A DNA stretch of 51,491 bases from Patescibacteria group bacterium (GTDB lineage: Bacteria > Patescibacteriota > Microgenomatia > Woykebacterales > RBG-16-39-9b), in the NCBI GenBank assembly GCA_025449635.1, contig JANWIZ010000006.1, forward strand, positions 1-51,491, given 5' to 3'. Below are positions 34,789-44,572 of this stretch, piece after piece. Every line of letters begins with the position of its first letter. Position 1 is the stretch's first letter. The notes below the pieces were generated by a model. That model saw only the letters and a list, made by a program, of their open reading frames with translations, searched no databases and was not told the DNA's origin. Made by a program: the position numbers and the translations under genes.

Positions 34789-36085
34789 ACATAGGTTATT
34801 AATTATTGGTGCTGGAATTGCCGGTCAAGAGGTGGTCAGACAAATAAAGAACTCGGGGCGCAAGGATATAAAAGTTGTGGCTTTTGTAGACGATGATGAA
34901 ACTAAACAAAATACAACAATCGAATCAATAGTTGTTAAGGGAAAAATTAGTGATTTACCCAAAATCGTTAAAACGGAGCAAATTTCACAAGTACTAATTT
35001 CTACTCCTTCTGTTAATAAAGGTATCGTAACCAGAGTATCAGAACTACTTCCTCCAAACTTCCCAAAGAAAATATTACCAAGTATTTCTTCCGTAATTTT
35101 AGGAAGAGTTGATATGTCTTATGTTAGAGATATTGATCTTTCAGATTTGATTGGTAGACCTTTAGTCAAAGCCAACCAAGAACTTATTCTAAAAAAAACA
35201 GAAGGAAAAACTTTTCTAATCACTGGAGGTGCTGGATCAATTGGTAGTGAAATAGTGAGACAACTTTATGATTCAAAAGCCAAAAATTTAGTGATAGTAG
35301 ATGCTTGGGAAGAAGGTGTTTTCAATTTACTCGAGGAATTAAAATCTGTTACTCACAATATATCATCGCGACCCAAAATTACTGCTTTTATTGGTAACAT
35401 TCGTGACGGAAAAAGGTTGGAAGAAATAATTAAGCCCAACTCAATTGATGTAATAATTCATGCAGCAGCTTATAAACATGTTCCTTTGATGGAAGATAAT
35501 CCTACTGAGGCCGAAAAAACTAATTATTTTGGAACGAGGAATATTCTAAAACTAGCCAGCAAGTATAAGATAAACGAATTTGTACTTATATCAACTGACA
35601 AGGCTGTTAATCCATCTAGCATAATGGGAAAAACCAAAAGAAAAGCAGAGCTTTTGATGAAGAAGTATTCCAAAAAATCAAAGTATAATCGTTATTGTGC
35701 TGTTCGATTTGGTAATGTTTTAAACTCTTCTGGTAGTGTTGTTCCAAAGTTCCTTAAGCAAATAAATTCAAATTTGCCTTTAACAATCACCGATAAACGC
35801 ATGACTAGATACTTTATGTCAATTCCCGAAGCAGTTTCTCTAGTTTTACTTTCTTGGACCATCGCAAAAAACGGACAAATATTGTTATTGGATATGGGAC
35901 AACCGATAAAAATAGTAGATCTTGCAAAAAACTTGATTAGACTACATGGTCTTGAGCCCAACAAGGATATAGATATAATTGAGGTCGGCATTCGGCCAGG
36001 AGAAAAATTATATGAGGAATTATCCTACGACCAAAACAAGTTAAAAGTCAGTGGTATGGATAGAATATTTATCGCTGAAGAATAA
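34781..36085 (+). CDS. CapD/PglF/WbpM-type UDP-HexNAc 4,6-dehydratase (soluble form, no TM domain)
   Basis: 434 aa with FLITGGAGSIGSEIVRQL, AAAYKHVPLME and STDKAVNPSS. Confidence 0.85.
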   Translation: MIKHRLLIIGAGIAGQEVVRQIKNSGRKDIKVVAFVDDDETKQNTTIESIVVKGKISDLPKIVKTEQISQVLISTPSVNKGIVTRVSELLPPNFPKKILPSISSVILGRVDMSYVRDIDLSDLIGRPLVKANQELILKKTEGKTFLITGGAGSIGSEIVRQLYDSKAKNLVIVDAWEEGVFNLLEELKSVTHNISSRPKITAFIGNIRDGKRLEEIIKPNSIDVIIHAAAYKHVPLMEDNPTEAEKTNYFGTRNILKLASKYKINEFVLISTDKAVNPSSIMGKTKRKAELLMKKYSKKSKYNRYCAVRFGNVLNSSGSVVPKFLKQINSNLPLTITDKRMTRYFMSIPEAVSLVLLSWTIAKNGQILLLDMGQPIKIVDLAKNLIRLHGLEPNKDIDIIEVGIRPGEKLYEELSYDQNKLKVSGMDRIFIAEE

Positions 36086-36096
36086 AACTACAGCTC

Positions 36097-37668
36097 TTAA
36101 TCACTAAATATTCTATAGACTTCAAAATTATTGATAGTTCTTACTTTCTCGATTAATGTTGAATTTATGATTGGCCAATTTTTCACAGAATAATAATCAT
36201 TTGTTCTGGAAATTAAGTACTTTATGTCATATTTATCTGCCTTCTCAACCAACACATGCTCCTCCATAAGTACATCATTTGCTAATTCGACATATTTGAC
36301 TTTTGCATTGAAACCGATATCCTTCGGGGCCAATATTGTTCCTAGATCATTCTTTTTCACGTAATCAATGAGCGAATTCATACTTTTTTCACCATAGTAA
36401 TATGTTACAGATTTTTGAGAATCAGAACGCAAATTCATAATTAACCCTTGTGAACTTATGATAGCTAGTAAACCGACTACTAAATAAAGTCTCTTTTGTC
36501 TCAAAAACAGCAAGGGAACTAAAATCAGTGCAATTAGCAACGGATTCAAATAACTCTCGGTAATTACACTCCAAAAACCTCTCACATAATACGCATCGAA
36601 TATAGGATCTGTTCTTACTAAAATCAAAGACCCTAACAAACCAATAAAAAAGAGGGATGAAAAATAAATATATATTTGTGGAAAAAATTTCTTATAATTA
36701 TTTAGAAATAGAGTTATTGAGAAAATAAAAAGAAACAAAACCACAGGTAAGTACTTAACAAACTCAAACGGGTAGGATCTAAAAATGAAAGTGTAAAGAA
36801 AAATCAAAATAGCCGAGGCCGATAAGGCAAATATCTGATACTTATTCTTTGTTATTGATAGCAAAGCTGCTAATACTAGCAGTGGGTTTATCCAAAGTAA
36901 ATTTCTCGGAATATTGTCAATCATTACACTTTTAAAATACCCAAGAGTTAACTCTGGTCGGTTTGTACTAGACTTTACATAGTTAAGATTATCTTGGAAA
37001 CTGCCACCGAAAAGTTTATTCAGTAGTATCCAAAAAATACTAAAAGCAAAGATACCAAGAAACACTTGTGTCAAGACAGATACCCGCTTTCTGTTAAGAA
37101 GCTCTTTGTAATTGGTAATCAGATATGAAATTACAATAACAGGCCCAAATGTGAGCTTGGACAGAAAAGAGATTGCGATTCCCAACCAGAAGTTCTTCGT
37201 TTCTAGTAGTAGTAAACAAACTAAAGCTATTAACGGAAATAGTTGGGTATCTATATCTGGAAGTAAACTTGAGAAAGTAAAATAAGGAATTAATGCAATA
37301 GCAAAAGCAACTAGGTTTGGTCTTCCAAATTTTCTCTTAAACCAAAAATAAAAAATAATTAGCGTAAGTAGATAAATCAGCACACCAAATAATCTTGCCG
37401 TAGAAGCTAAAAAAGGAACGGCAAGAAAAAATAATCCCAACATACTTATATATAATGGTGGGTGCCATAAACCCAAGTTTTCTGGATTTGCTTCCCCCCG
37501 ATAATATATCGCAGACAAATTTTCAGATATCGATTTACCGACAAGTGGGTATTCTATTTCGTCCATAATCAAAGGAAATCTAATATGTCTAAAGGCTAAA
37601 TAAGCGCTAAAAGCTAAAAGGAGAAGAAATATAATATCCTGTACACTGAGTTTAAGAAGTTTTTTCAT
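36097..37668 (-). CDS. GT-C fold polytopic glycosyltransferase (ArnT/PMT-like)
   Basis: 523 aa with at least 10 TM helices. The first loop, RFPLIMDEIEYP, carries a DE motif as in ArnT/PMT. It overlaps the upstream polyprenyl-phosphate GT2 gene by 17 nt. Confidence 0.7.
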   Translation of the reverse strand: MKKLLKLSVQDIIFLLLLAFSAYLAFRHIRFPLIMDEIEYPLVGKSISENLSAIYYRGEANPENLGLWHPPLYISMLGLFFLAVPFLASTARLFGVLIYLLTLIIFYFWFKRKFGRPNLVAFAIALIPYFTFSSLLPDIDTQLFPLIALVCLLLLETKNFWLGIAISFLSKLTFGPVIVISYLITNYKELLNRKRVSVLTQVFLGIFAFSIFWILLNKLFGGSFQDNLNYVKSSTNRPELTLGYFKSVMIDNIPRNLLWINPLLVLAALLSITKNKYQIFALSASAILIFLYTFIFRSYPFEFVKYLPVVLFLFIFSITLFLNNYKKFFPQIYIYFSSLFFIGLLGSLILVRTDPIFDAYYVRGFWSVITESYLNPLLIALILVPLLFLRQKRLYLVVGLLAIISSQGLIMNLRSDSQKSVTYYYGEKSMNSLIDYVKKNDLGTILAPKDIGFNAKVKYVELANDVLMEEHVLVEKADKYDIKYLISRTNDYYSVKNWPIINSTLIEKVRTINNFEVYRIFSD

Positions 37669-38365
37669 TGAAGAAATAATTTAATGCCATAAAAATCATC
37701 GTCATACCTAAGACAAAAGTTTTCTTGAAATCTCCCGTTACCGAAGAAATACCAATTCTTTTTTGATAAGTAATTGGTATTTCAATGTGCTCAATCTTCT
37801 TAACAAAGACCCACAGCATCATTTCAAGCCCAAAGTGAGATGTGCCAACACGAAATTTCGGCTGAATTTTCTTTAACGCCTCTCTTTTAATCATCCTGAA
37901 CGTGCAACCTACATCACTAATAGATCTAGTATTAAAAAGAAATTCAATCATTTTAGCGACAAACCAATTTCCCCATTTTAGAAACAAGCCCATGTTTGCA
38001 CCTTCACCTAGCAAAGCTCTGGTTGTACGAGAACCAATAACAAAATCAACATCATCTGAGTAAGCTAAGAATTTATGTATATCACTTGGAAGAAAAGTAC
38101 CATCAGGTTCGCAAACAAAAATAAGATCACCTTCTGCACTTTTTAACCCTGCTCTGATCGAATAGCCATAACCTTGTTTCCTCTCAAATATTTGTTTGGC
38201 TCGAGTTTTCTCAACCTCCTCTTTTGTTCCCTGAGCAGCATTATTATTGACTACCACCACCTCATCTACAACTTTTGTTGAAAAGAAGGCATTAATACAC
38301 TCTCTGATCGAGTCTTTTTCGTTATATGTAGGAAGAATTACTGATACTTTTTGCTGCCTATACAT
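37652..38365 (-). CDS. Polyprenyl-phosphate glycosyltransferase (GT2; DPM1/ArnC/GtrB/GacI-like)
   Basis: Motifs: VSVILPTYNEKDSI, VVVVNNNAAQGT and VCEPDG, plus C-terminal TM helices. I prefer ATG 38365 over the track's TTG 38380. Confidence 0.8.
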   Translation of the reverse strand: MYRQQKVSVILPTYNEKDSIRECINAFFSTKVVDEVVVVNNNAAQGTKEEVEKTRAKQIFERKQGYGYSIRAGLKSAEGDLIFVCEPDGTFLPSDIHKFLAYSDDVDFVIGSRTTRALLGEGANMGLFLKWGNWFVAKMIEFLFNTRSISDVGCTFRMIKREALKKIQPKFRVGTSHFGLEMMLWVFVKKIEHIEIPITYQKRIGISSVTGDFKKTFVLGMTMIFMALNYFFNEKTS

Positions 38366-39053
38366 TTTTTTGCACAACAATTACATTGTGGGCAGCGAAA
38401 TTTTTTATTAAAGGAGCTCGTTCAAGCACAGATTCGACATGCTTCCAAATTGATAGAATTTTGTTTGGAAAAAAGTCGGCAGTAAATGTTAGTCTGAAAA
38501 GTTTTATTTCCGTTTTTTCTGGAAAAGCGGACATAATTTCTCGAGCAGAAACCAATCTCTCGTTCCCAATATCTTGAGGTGCCTTTTTCATAAGAACTTT
38601 CCAATAAGGGTTTAACGGGTTATGATCCCACGCAACTATCACCCCTCCTGGCTTAGTAATGCGATACATCTCTTTTAAAGTATTTTTTACATTAGTTTTT
38701 GTTATCAAGTGATGCAATACCGCTACCGTATAGACAAAGTCGAAGTAGTTATCCCTATAAGGTAATTTTGTAATAGATCCTACCCTAAATTTTCCATTAG
38801 GAACTTTTTCTTTTGCAATTGCTATCATTCCTTCAGAGATATCGATTCCGTTTTTATCAAGACCTGATGGTAAACTTTGAAGGATCTCGCCTGTACCACA
38901 TCCGACATCTAATACTTTCCCATCCAAACCCTTGTCGAGGAATAATTTGATCCTTTTCGCCTTTAAATACGCTACAATGTGTTTGGGGATTGTCTCATCA
39001 TATTGATGAGAAATTAAATTGTAATGTTTTTTTTGTTCCTGTTCAATCTTCAT
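38358..39053 (-). CDS. Class I SAM-dependent methyltransferase
   Basis: 231 aa with VLDVGCGTGEIL and TKPGGVIVAWDH. Confidence 0.85.
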   Translation of the reverse strand: MKIEQEQKKHYNLISHQYDETIPKHIVAYLKAKRIKLFLDKGLDGKVLDVGCGTGEILQSLPSGLDKNGIDISEGMIAIAKEKVPNGKFRVGSITKLPYRDNYFDFVYTVAVLHHLITKTNVKNTLKEMYRITKPGGVIVAWDHNPLNPYWKVLMKKAPQDIGNERLVSAREIMSAFPEKTEIKLFRLTFTADFFPNKILSIWKHVESVLERAPLIKNFAAHNVIVVQKNV

Positions 39054-41163
39054 TTAGTAATTTGGCGAACTCAATGGCAGTATTTTTTATATCTGCTTTT
39101 TTTACTGCTATCTCTCTTAGCAACTTATTTTCAGGTTTTCGCTCAAGAATTTCCAAAATCTTATAATAAAACGCTTCTGCATTTCGTTCAAAAACAATAA
39201 ACTCCTTTGGTAGAAGACTTGAAACTCCCCCCACATTAGGGGCAATAGCTGGTACATTTTGTGCTAATGCTTCCATTAATGTCAAAGGGACTCCTTCAAT
39301 CTTTGAGGTGTTGACTAGTATATCAGTTGCATTCAATATCGGAGATACATTTTCTCTAAAAGGTAGTAGTAAAACGTTAGTTAGCTTAGCATTTTTAATT
39401 TTTCGCTTTAAGATATTGTGCAAAGGCCCTTCTCCAACTAAGACAAACTTGATCTCATGATTTTTGGAAAATAGTTTTGCGATACTAAGGAAAAGCAAAG
39501 GATCTTTTTCGTCTGAGAATCTTCCAAGAAATGTGATTATCTTAGATTCTGGTGTAAAACCAAGGTTAATTTTTGAATTTAAGATATCAATTTCCTTTGG
39601 AGGCTTAAATTCTTCTAGGTTAATACCGTCATTGATTATTTTTACCTGTTCCTCAAGAACTCCATTAGAAACAATCTCCTTCGATACAATGTCGCTTGGA
39701 ACAACTGTCTGATTTATAACATGGTCAAAGAGCTTTGAAAGATCACTGTGACCATGAATCGAACCATTTTTAATAATATCTAAGACTTTTGTTTTCGGAT
39801 TCACCTCTTTAAACATAGCGGCGAAGGAGTAAGACCATCTGGATTGACTAATAACAATTTTACTGATTTTATTTTTTGTTAGGTAATTCATACAGAATAA
39901 TTCCCAGTAAGCTGGGTCTAAAAAGTTGTGAAGATCGAATACTTCTTTTGTAATTTCTGAATATTTTGATATCCAGTCACTTTTTTCCAGTAATGTAGTA
40001 AAGATAACAAACTCAAAATCTTTCTTCTTTAACTCTCTTAGAATATCCAACAATACTTTATCCGCCCCGCCTCGTACTACCCAAGGTACAAAAACTGCAA
40101 TTTTTTTCGGGTAAATATCTTTACTGATAGCATCAAGATTAAATTGGCTTGGTTGAGGCCATTGCTTTGGAACTTTTCTCAACTTTAGCCTTCCGTGAGA
40201 TCTATATAATTCTTTATGTAGCTCTCTTATTTGTGTCATTGTTTCCGAATGCCTCTTAATATCCTCAGAGGTTTTTGACTCGTTGTGGATTCTGTACAAA
40301 AAAAGAGGCTCCTCGATTACTTTTCCACCCCACCCTACTTCTCCAAGTGAAATCCAGAGTTCCCAATCCTCATAGGAAATATTTGATTTGTACCCGCCAA
40401 CTTCCATCCAAGCAGATTTTCTCATTACAGCCGAAACAGAAGTTGTGTTTATCCCAAGAGCTGATCCAATATCAAAATCTATAGTTTTCCAAACTTCGTC
40501 ACTACCGTCGAAAAGTTTAGCCCAAGAAAAAGCAAATCCAATATTTAGATTTGTTTCCAAGAGCCAAAGGCATTTTTCTAAATAAGTCGGTTCAAAATAA
40601 TCATCTGGATCTATACAACAAACATATTTTCCCCTTGCCTCATTAATACCGATATTCCTTGCTACTGAAACTCCATTATTCTCCTGATATATAACCAAAA
40701 CCCCTTGTTTTTCAATTTTTTTCAATACTTTTTTTGTCTCTGGATTAGTTGAACCATCGTCAACGACAATGATTTCCAATCGATTCAATGTTTGTCTCTT
40801 CAAGCTTTCTATACAATTTTCTAAAAAATGCCCATAATTAAAACAAGGTATTACAACCGAAACTAAAGGTAATTTCTTTTCCCAAGTTTCTATTTCGGCA
40901 TTTCTATATACTAAATTTTGTCTGTTAATCCTATAAATTGGAATGTAATTTAAAGGATTCAAGATAAAATTCTTTATTGACCTGTAAACCAACCAAAGTT
41001 TCCAGGTTTTAGAGTTATGAATACTCGAAATCTCTGCTTTAAGATTGTTTAACTGCATCTCTTTTTGAACCAGCGAGTTACGATTTTGCACTAAAAGTTT
41101 TACTAGCTTTTCTTTCGATTCTTTTTCTAATTTTCCTTTTGGATCAATATTCTCTGCTTTCAT
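39043..41163 (-). CDS. Bifunctional GT2 + GT-B(GT4-like) glycosyltransferase with N-terminal helical/coiled segment
   Basis: 706 aa. The N-terminus is KLEKESKEKLVKLLVQNRNSLVQKEMQLNNLKAEISSIHNSKTWKLW. The GT2 domain has VSVVIPCFNY, VVDDGS and IDPDD. The C-terminal GT-B domain has TSKIEGVPLTLMEALAQNVPAIA. Confidence 0.8.
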   Translation of the reverse strand: MKAENIDPKGKLEKESKEKLVKLLVQNRNSLVQKEMQLNNLKAEISSIHNSKTWKLWLVYRSIKNFILNPLNYIPIYRINRQNLVYRNAEIETWEKKLPLVSVVIPCFNYGHFLENCIESLKRQTLNRLEIIVVDDGSTNPETKKVLKKIEKQGVLVIYQENNGVSVARNIGINEARGKYVCCIDPDDYFEPTYLEKCLWLLETNLNIGFAFSWAKLFDGSDEVWKTIDFDIGSALGINTTSVSAVMRKSAWMEVGGYKSNISYEDWELWISLGEVGWGGKVIEEPLFLYRIHNESKTSEDIKRHSETMTQIRELHKELYRSHGRLKLRKVPKQWPQPSQFNLDAISKDIYPKKIAVFVPWVVRGGADKVLLDILRELKKKDFEFVIFTTLLEKSDWISKYSEITKEVFDLHNFLDPAYWELFCMNYLTKNKISKIVISQSRWSYSFAAMFKEVNPKTKVLDIIKNGSIHGHSDLSKLFDHVINQTVVPSDIVSKEIVSNGVLEEQVKIINDGINLEEFKPPKEIDILNSKINLGFTPESKIITFLGRFSDEKDPLLFLSIAKLFSKNHEIKFVLVGEGPLHNILKRKIKNAKLTNVLLLPFRENVSPILNATDILVNTSKIEGVPLTLMEALAQNVPAIAPNVGGVSSLLPKEFIVFERNAEAFYYKILEILERKPENKLLREIAVKKADIKNTAIEFAKLLNED

Positions 41164-41909
41164 TTGTTCTTTTCTCTTTCGGTCAAATACTCTTCATACT
41201 TGTAAAACCCAAGTTTTGGATCACCCTCAAATTTAATTGACCCATCTATCAACAAAACAACTCGCTGAGCGTTTTCTTCGATTAATGACCTGCTATGGCT
41301 GATAAGAACAATTGTGGTACCCTTATTTTTTATCTCAGAAATTTTATCTAAACACTTTTTTTGAAAAGAAGAATCTCCAACTGCCAAAATTTCATCAACA
41401 AGTAAAATATCTGGTTTGGTATGAACTGCAACTGCAAACCCTAATCTAAGGTACATACCAGAGGAATAGTGTTTCACTGGCTCATCAATAAAGCTGCCAA
41501 TTTCAGAAAAGGCAACTATGGAATCAAAATTATCGCGAATTTCTTTTTTGCTCATACCAAATATCAACCCATTCAAAAAAACATTCTCTCTACCAGATAA
41601 ATCAGGATGGAAACCTGCACCCAACTCAATCAGTGAAGAAACATTTCCTTGTATATTAATTTTTCCGCTTGTAGGTGCAGTGACTCCAGCTAGAAGCTTC
41701 ATGATTGTAGATTTTCCAGATCCGTTTGGCCCTATTATTCCAAAACTCTCACCCTTAGAAACTTCAAACGAAATATCCTTTAATGCCCAGAAGGTTGTCG
41801 CCCAGGATTTGCCAAAAAGGAAAGCCGGAACAAACTCTTTAAATGTGTTTTCATGCTGTAAACTAAATTTTTTCGATACTTTTTCAACAGTGATTACTTT
41901 GGTACTCAT
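41160..41909 (-). CDS. Polysaccharide/teichoic-acid-type ABC exporter ATPase (Wzt/TagH-like, no C-terminal carbohydrate-binding domain)
   Basis: 249 aa with Walker A GPNGSGKST, signature YSSGMYLRLGFA and Walker B ILLVDEILAVGD. Confidence 0.9.
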   Translation of the reverse strand: MSTKVITVEKVSKKFSLQHENTFKEFVPAFLFGKSWATTFWALKDISFEVSKGESFGIIGPNGSGKSTIMKLLAGVTAPTSGKINIQGNVSSLIELGAGFHPDLSGRENVFLNGLIFGMSKKEIRDNFDSIVAFSEIGSFIDEPVKHYSSGMYLRLGFAVAVHTKPDILLVDEILAVGDSSFQKKCLDKISEIKNKGTTIVLISHSRSLIEENAQRVVLLIDGSIKFEGDPKLGFYKYEEYLTEREKNK

Positions 41910-42721
41910 CAGACTATGTCCGCAAAAGAATTCTCCAGTTTTTTAAATAATGCGTAAGAGACAATCAAAGTTACCAAAGCAATTATCCCAGCGATTCCAA
42001 GGAGAGTCGTATCTGGTGCCTTTGATTCGAGGAGAATATTTCGGTAGGAATCAATAACGGCAGCCATTGGATTTAAAACTAATAAAATTTGAAATTTCTT
42101 TGGGAATATTTCTGCCGGATAGATCACTGGGGTTAAATACATCCACAAAAGCAATACAACCCCGAGTAAATTGGCTATGTCCCGATAAAATAGGTTAAAC
42201 GCCGATAGTATCAAAGACAGCCCGGTGGTAAAAATAAACTGAATGAGAAAAATAACTGGAAGCCAGACAATAAAAACTGAAGGCTCTACTTTATAAAAAA
42301 CCATTAACCCAACAAAAACTAAAGAGGAAAAAACTAAATCAAATGCCTTAGAAAATACTGCCGCTAGAACTAAAATTTCTCTAGGAAAATAAATTTTAGT
42401 TATCAAGGTAGAATTTGAAACTAGTTGTGAAGTAGAGCTAAGTAACGACCCAGAAAAAAAAGTCCAAGCCAATAGTCCTACATAAACAAATATTGGATAA
42501 GGTATTCCTCCGGTTTGAACATTTATGACTCTTGAGAAAACAAAGGTCAGTACAACCATCGTAAACAAAGGTACCAAGATGATCCATAAGTAACCCAAAA
42601 CGGACTGTTTATACCTCTGCTTTATATCTCTTTGGGTAAGTGCGATAACCAGCTCACGCTTTTTCCAAATCAAAGAAATGTTTTTAACAATGTTCATAAA
42701 CAAACTTGGCAAATTATACAA
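41909..42721 (-). CDS. ABC-2 type exporter permease (Wzm/TagG-like)
   Basis: 270 aa with about 6 TM helices. The N-terminal RDIKQRYKQSVLGYLW is typical of ABC-2 permeases. It overlaps the ATPase gene by 1 nt. Confidence 0.85.
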   Translation of the reverse strand: MYNLPSLFMNIVKNISLIWKKRELVIALTQRDIKQRYKQSVLGYLWIILVPLFTMVVLTFVFSRVINVQTGGIPYPIFVYVGLLAWTFFSGSLLSSTSQLVSNSTLITKIYFPREILVLAAVFSKAFDLVFSSLVFVGLMVFYKVEPSVFIVWLPVIFLIQFIFTTGLSLILSAFNLFYRDIANLLGVVLLLWMYLTPVIYPAEIFPKKFQILLVLNPMAAVIDSYRNILLESKAPDTTLLGIAGIIALVTLIVSYALFKKLENSFADIV

Positions 42722-42745
42722 TAATTACTAATTGTCCTCTAAAAA

Positions 42746-43291
42746 TTACTCTTTTTCAGCTATAACTGTATAGTGAATTGGCATCAGATCTCGTTCCTTC
42801 GTTTCAATCTGGTCGAGAACAATAATCTTGAAGTTTCTTAACAAATATCTTAATCCATGTTCAGTGAATCTCCAACAGTCTGGTAAAGGACCGTGTATTC
42901 GAAAATTGAATGGTGTAGAAATAAAAACCTTCCCTCCTGGCTTCAGTATTCGATATATCTCCTCCACAGCGGCAAGGGGATTTAAAGTATGCTCCAAAAC
43001 CTCAGTGCATAGAACAAAATCAAAATAAGAATCGGTAATTAATTTATTATTCTTGTCGCAGATATCAGCTATAATATCTGCCTTTGAATTAGGATCAATA
43101 TCTAAAGTTTTTATTTTTGACTTAGAAAAAAATTCTTTAGCCCCTTCATAATCTTGTGGAGCTATGTCTAACAAAACCTTTCCTTTTGTATCATACTTTT
43201 TGGAACAAGATGAGATAAAATTAGTAACATCTTTTCTGATTATTTCTAGAAAATTCTTGTCTAACTCACTTATAATTATTTCTTTTTTCAT
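42746..43291 (-). CDS. Small SAM-dependent methyltransferase-like protein
   Basis: 181 aa with VLLDIAPQD, CTEVLEH and LKPGGKVFISTP. Motif I is degenerate. Confidence 0.65.
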   Translation of the reverse strand: MKKEIIISELDKNFLEIIRKDVTNFISSCSKKYDTKGKVLLDIAPQDYEGAKEFFSKSKIKTLDIDPNSKADIIADICDKNNKLITDSYFDFVLCTEVLEHTLNPLAAVEEIYRILKPGGKVFISTPFNFRIHGPLPDCWRFTEHGLRYLLRNFKIIVLDQIETKERDLMPIHYTVIAEKE

Positions 43292-43293
43292 AA

Positions 43294-44571
43294 TTAAAGA
43301 CTCTCAAATAACGACTCGACTGCACTTGCATCAAAAACAGTAATACCTGTATTTTTATGCACTTCCTTACGTTCAGCAAATGAATCATCAATAAAAATTG
43401 CATCTTTCTCTTTTATAAAATTGGATTTCGCTGTTTTTTGGTCAATTAAAATTATTTCTGAAAAAATATTTGCTATTTTATAAATTTCTAAGGTCCGAGT
43501 TAAGTCCTTTTTATGTCGCGTTAATAATTTAACTTTGATTTTATTCCTTAGGCATTTAAATAAAAAGGATACTAAACGGATATTTAGTTGCTTATTCAAA
43601 ACAAGGCAATCATCCAGATCAACATAAACTGTATTATATCTCAGATTTGATTTGAATCTATTTACTAATGCCCTATCCATCTCTAGAGATAAATCGTTTT
43701 TAATGATTTCAACATTTTGATCAAGTGCATCCCAAATGCTCAACAGAGGAAGGTTGACTCCAATATTTCTCTGTATAGCCATAGATCCTGCAACTCTTGG
43801 GGCGATTTCTAACAAAACTAATTCTCCGTACTTATTTCTTTTAACCTGAAAAAACCAAACACCCCTTAATTCTAAATGGTTATTTATTTTCTCTGCCAAA
43901 TCTCTAAAATCAGCGTTATTAGTAATAGGTTTTGTGTTAACACTGATACCATTTTGGATTCTAATCCTTTCCCTAGGTCCGACAAATAATAATTTCCCAG
44001 TCCTATCAGTAAAACAATCAACTGTATATTCTTTACCAGGTAGGTACTCAAGAATTAATAATGATTGATCTTTCTTCTGAAAAAACAAAATTTCTTCCTT
44101 GGTTTTTGCTAAAACCGTACCTTTTGAACCCTGACTCTTATCAGGCTTTAGAAAAACAGGAAAATCAATTACATTACTAGAGCTCTCAAAAACCTCTGGT
44201 ACTTTAATAAAAGGTTTAAAGCTCTTATAAGTTTCAGATTTGGAGCGGCATATAAGTGCTGTTTCAAAATCTGACCCAATTACAGTACAACCTAAAATTT
44301 TTGAATTCTCAGCTAAAATCACGACAGCATCATCATGAGCCGGAAAAATTAGATCAATTTTATACTTGGCAACAAGCTCTTTTAAATCTCTGATAAAATA
44401 GTTATCGTTTACAAACGGCAGATTTCCAATGTAATTTTGATAAACAAAACTACCATGATCCTCGACACTACTTGCACCGAAAAGCTTAAAGTGTGCTGAG
44501 CTTTCTAAGGAACGATAGATCTCTAAACCAATTTCCGAACCACATGGAAAAACCAGTACATTCTTTCTCAT
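43294..44571 (-). CDS. ATP-grasp ligase fused to a HAD-like phosphatase domain
   Basis: 425 aa. The N-terminal part, about 300 aa, has an ATP-grasp layout (VLVFPCGSEIGLEI...LILEYLPGKEYTVDCF...LLEIAPRVAGSM). The C-terminal part has HAD motifs: VYVDLDDCL (DxD), LLT and IFIDDSFAER. Confidence 0.7.
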   Translation of the reverse strand: MRKNVLVFPCGSEIGLEIYRSLESSAHFKLFGASSVEDHGSFVYQNYIGNLPFVNDNYFIRDLKELVAKYKIDLIFPAHDDAVVILAENSKILGCTVIGSDFETALICRSKSETYKSFKPFIKVPEVFESSSNVIDFPVFLKPDKSQGSKGTVLAKTKEEILFFQKKDQSLLILEYLPGKEYTVDCFTDRTGKLLFVGPRERIRIQNGISVNTKPITNNADFRDLAEKINNHLELRGVWFFQVKRNKYGELVLLEIAPRVAGSMAIQRNIGVNLPLLSIWDALDQNVEIIKNDLSLEMDRALVNRFKSNLRYNTVYVDLDDCLVLNKQLNIRLVSFLFKCLRNKIKVKLLTRHKKDLTRTLEIYKIANIFSEIILIDQKTAKSNFIKEKDAIFIDDSFAERKEVHKNTGITVFDASAVESLFESL

Positions 44572-44572
44572 A

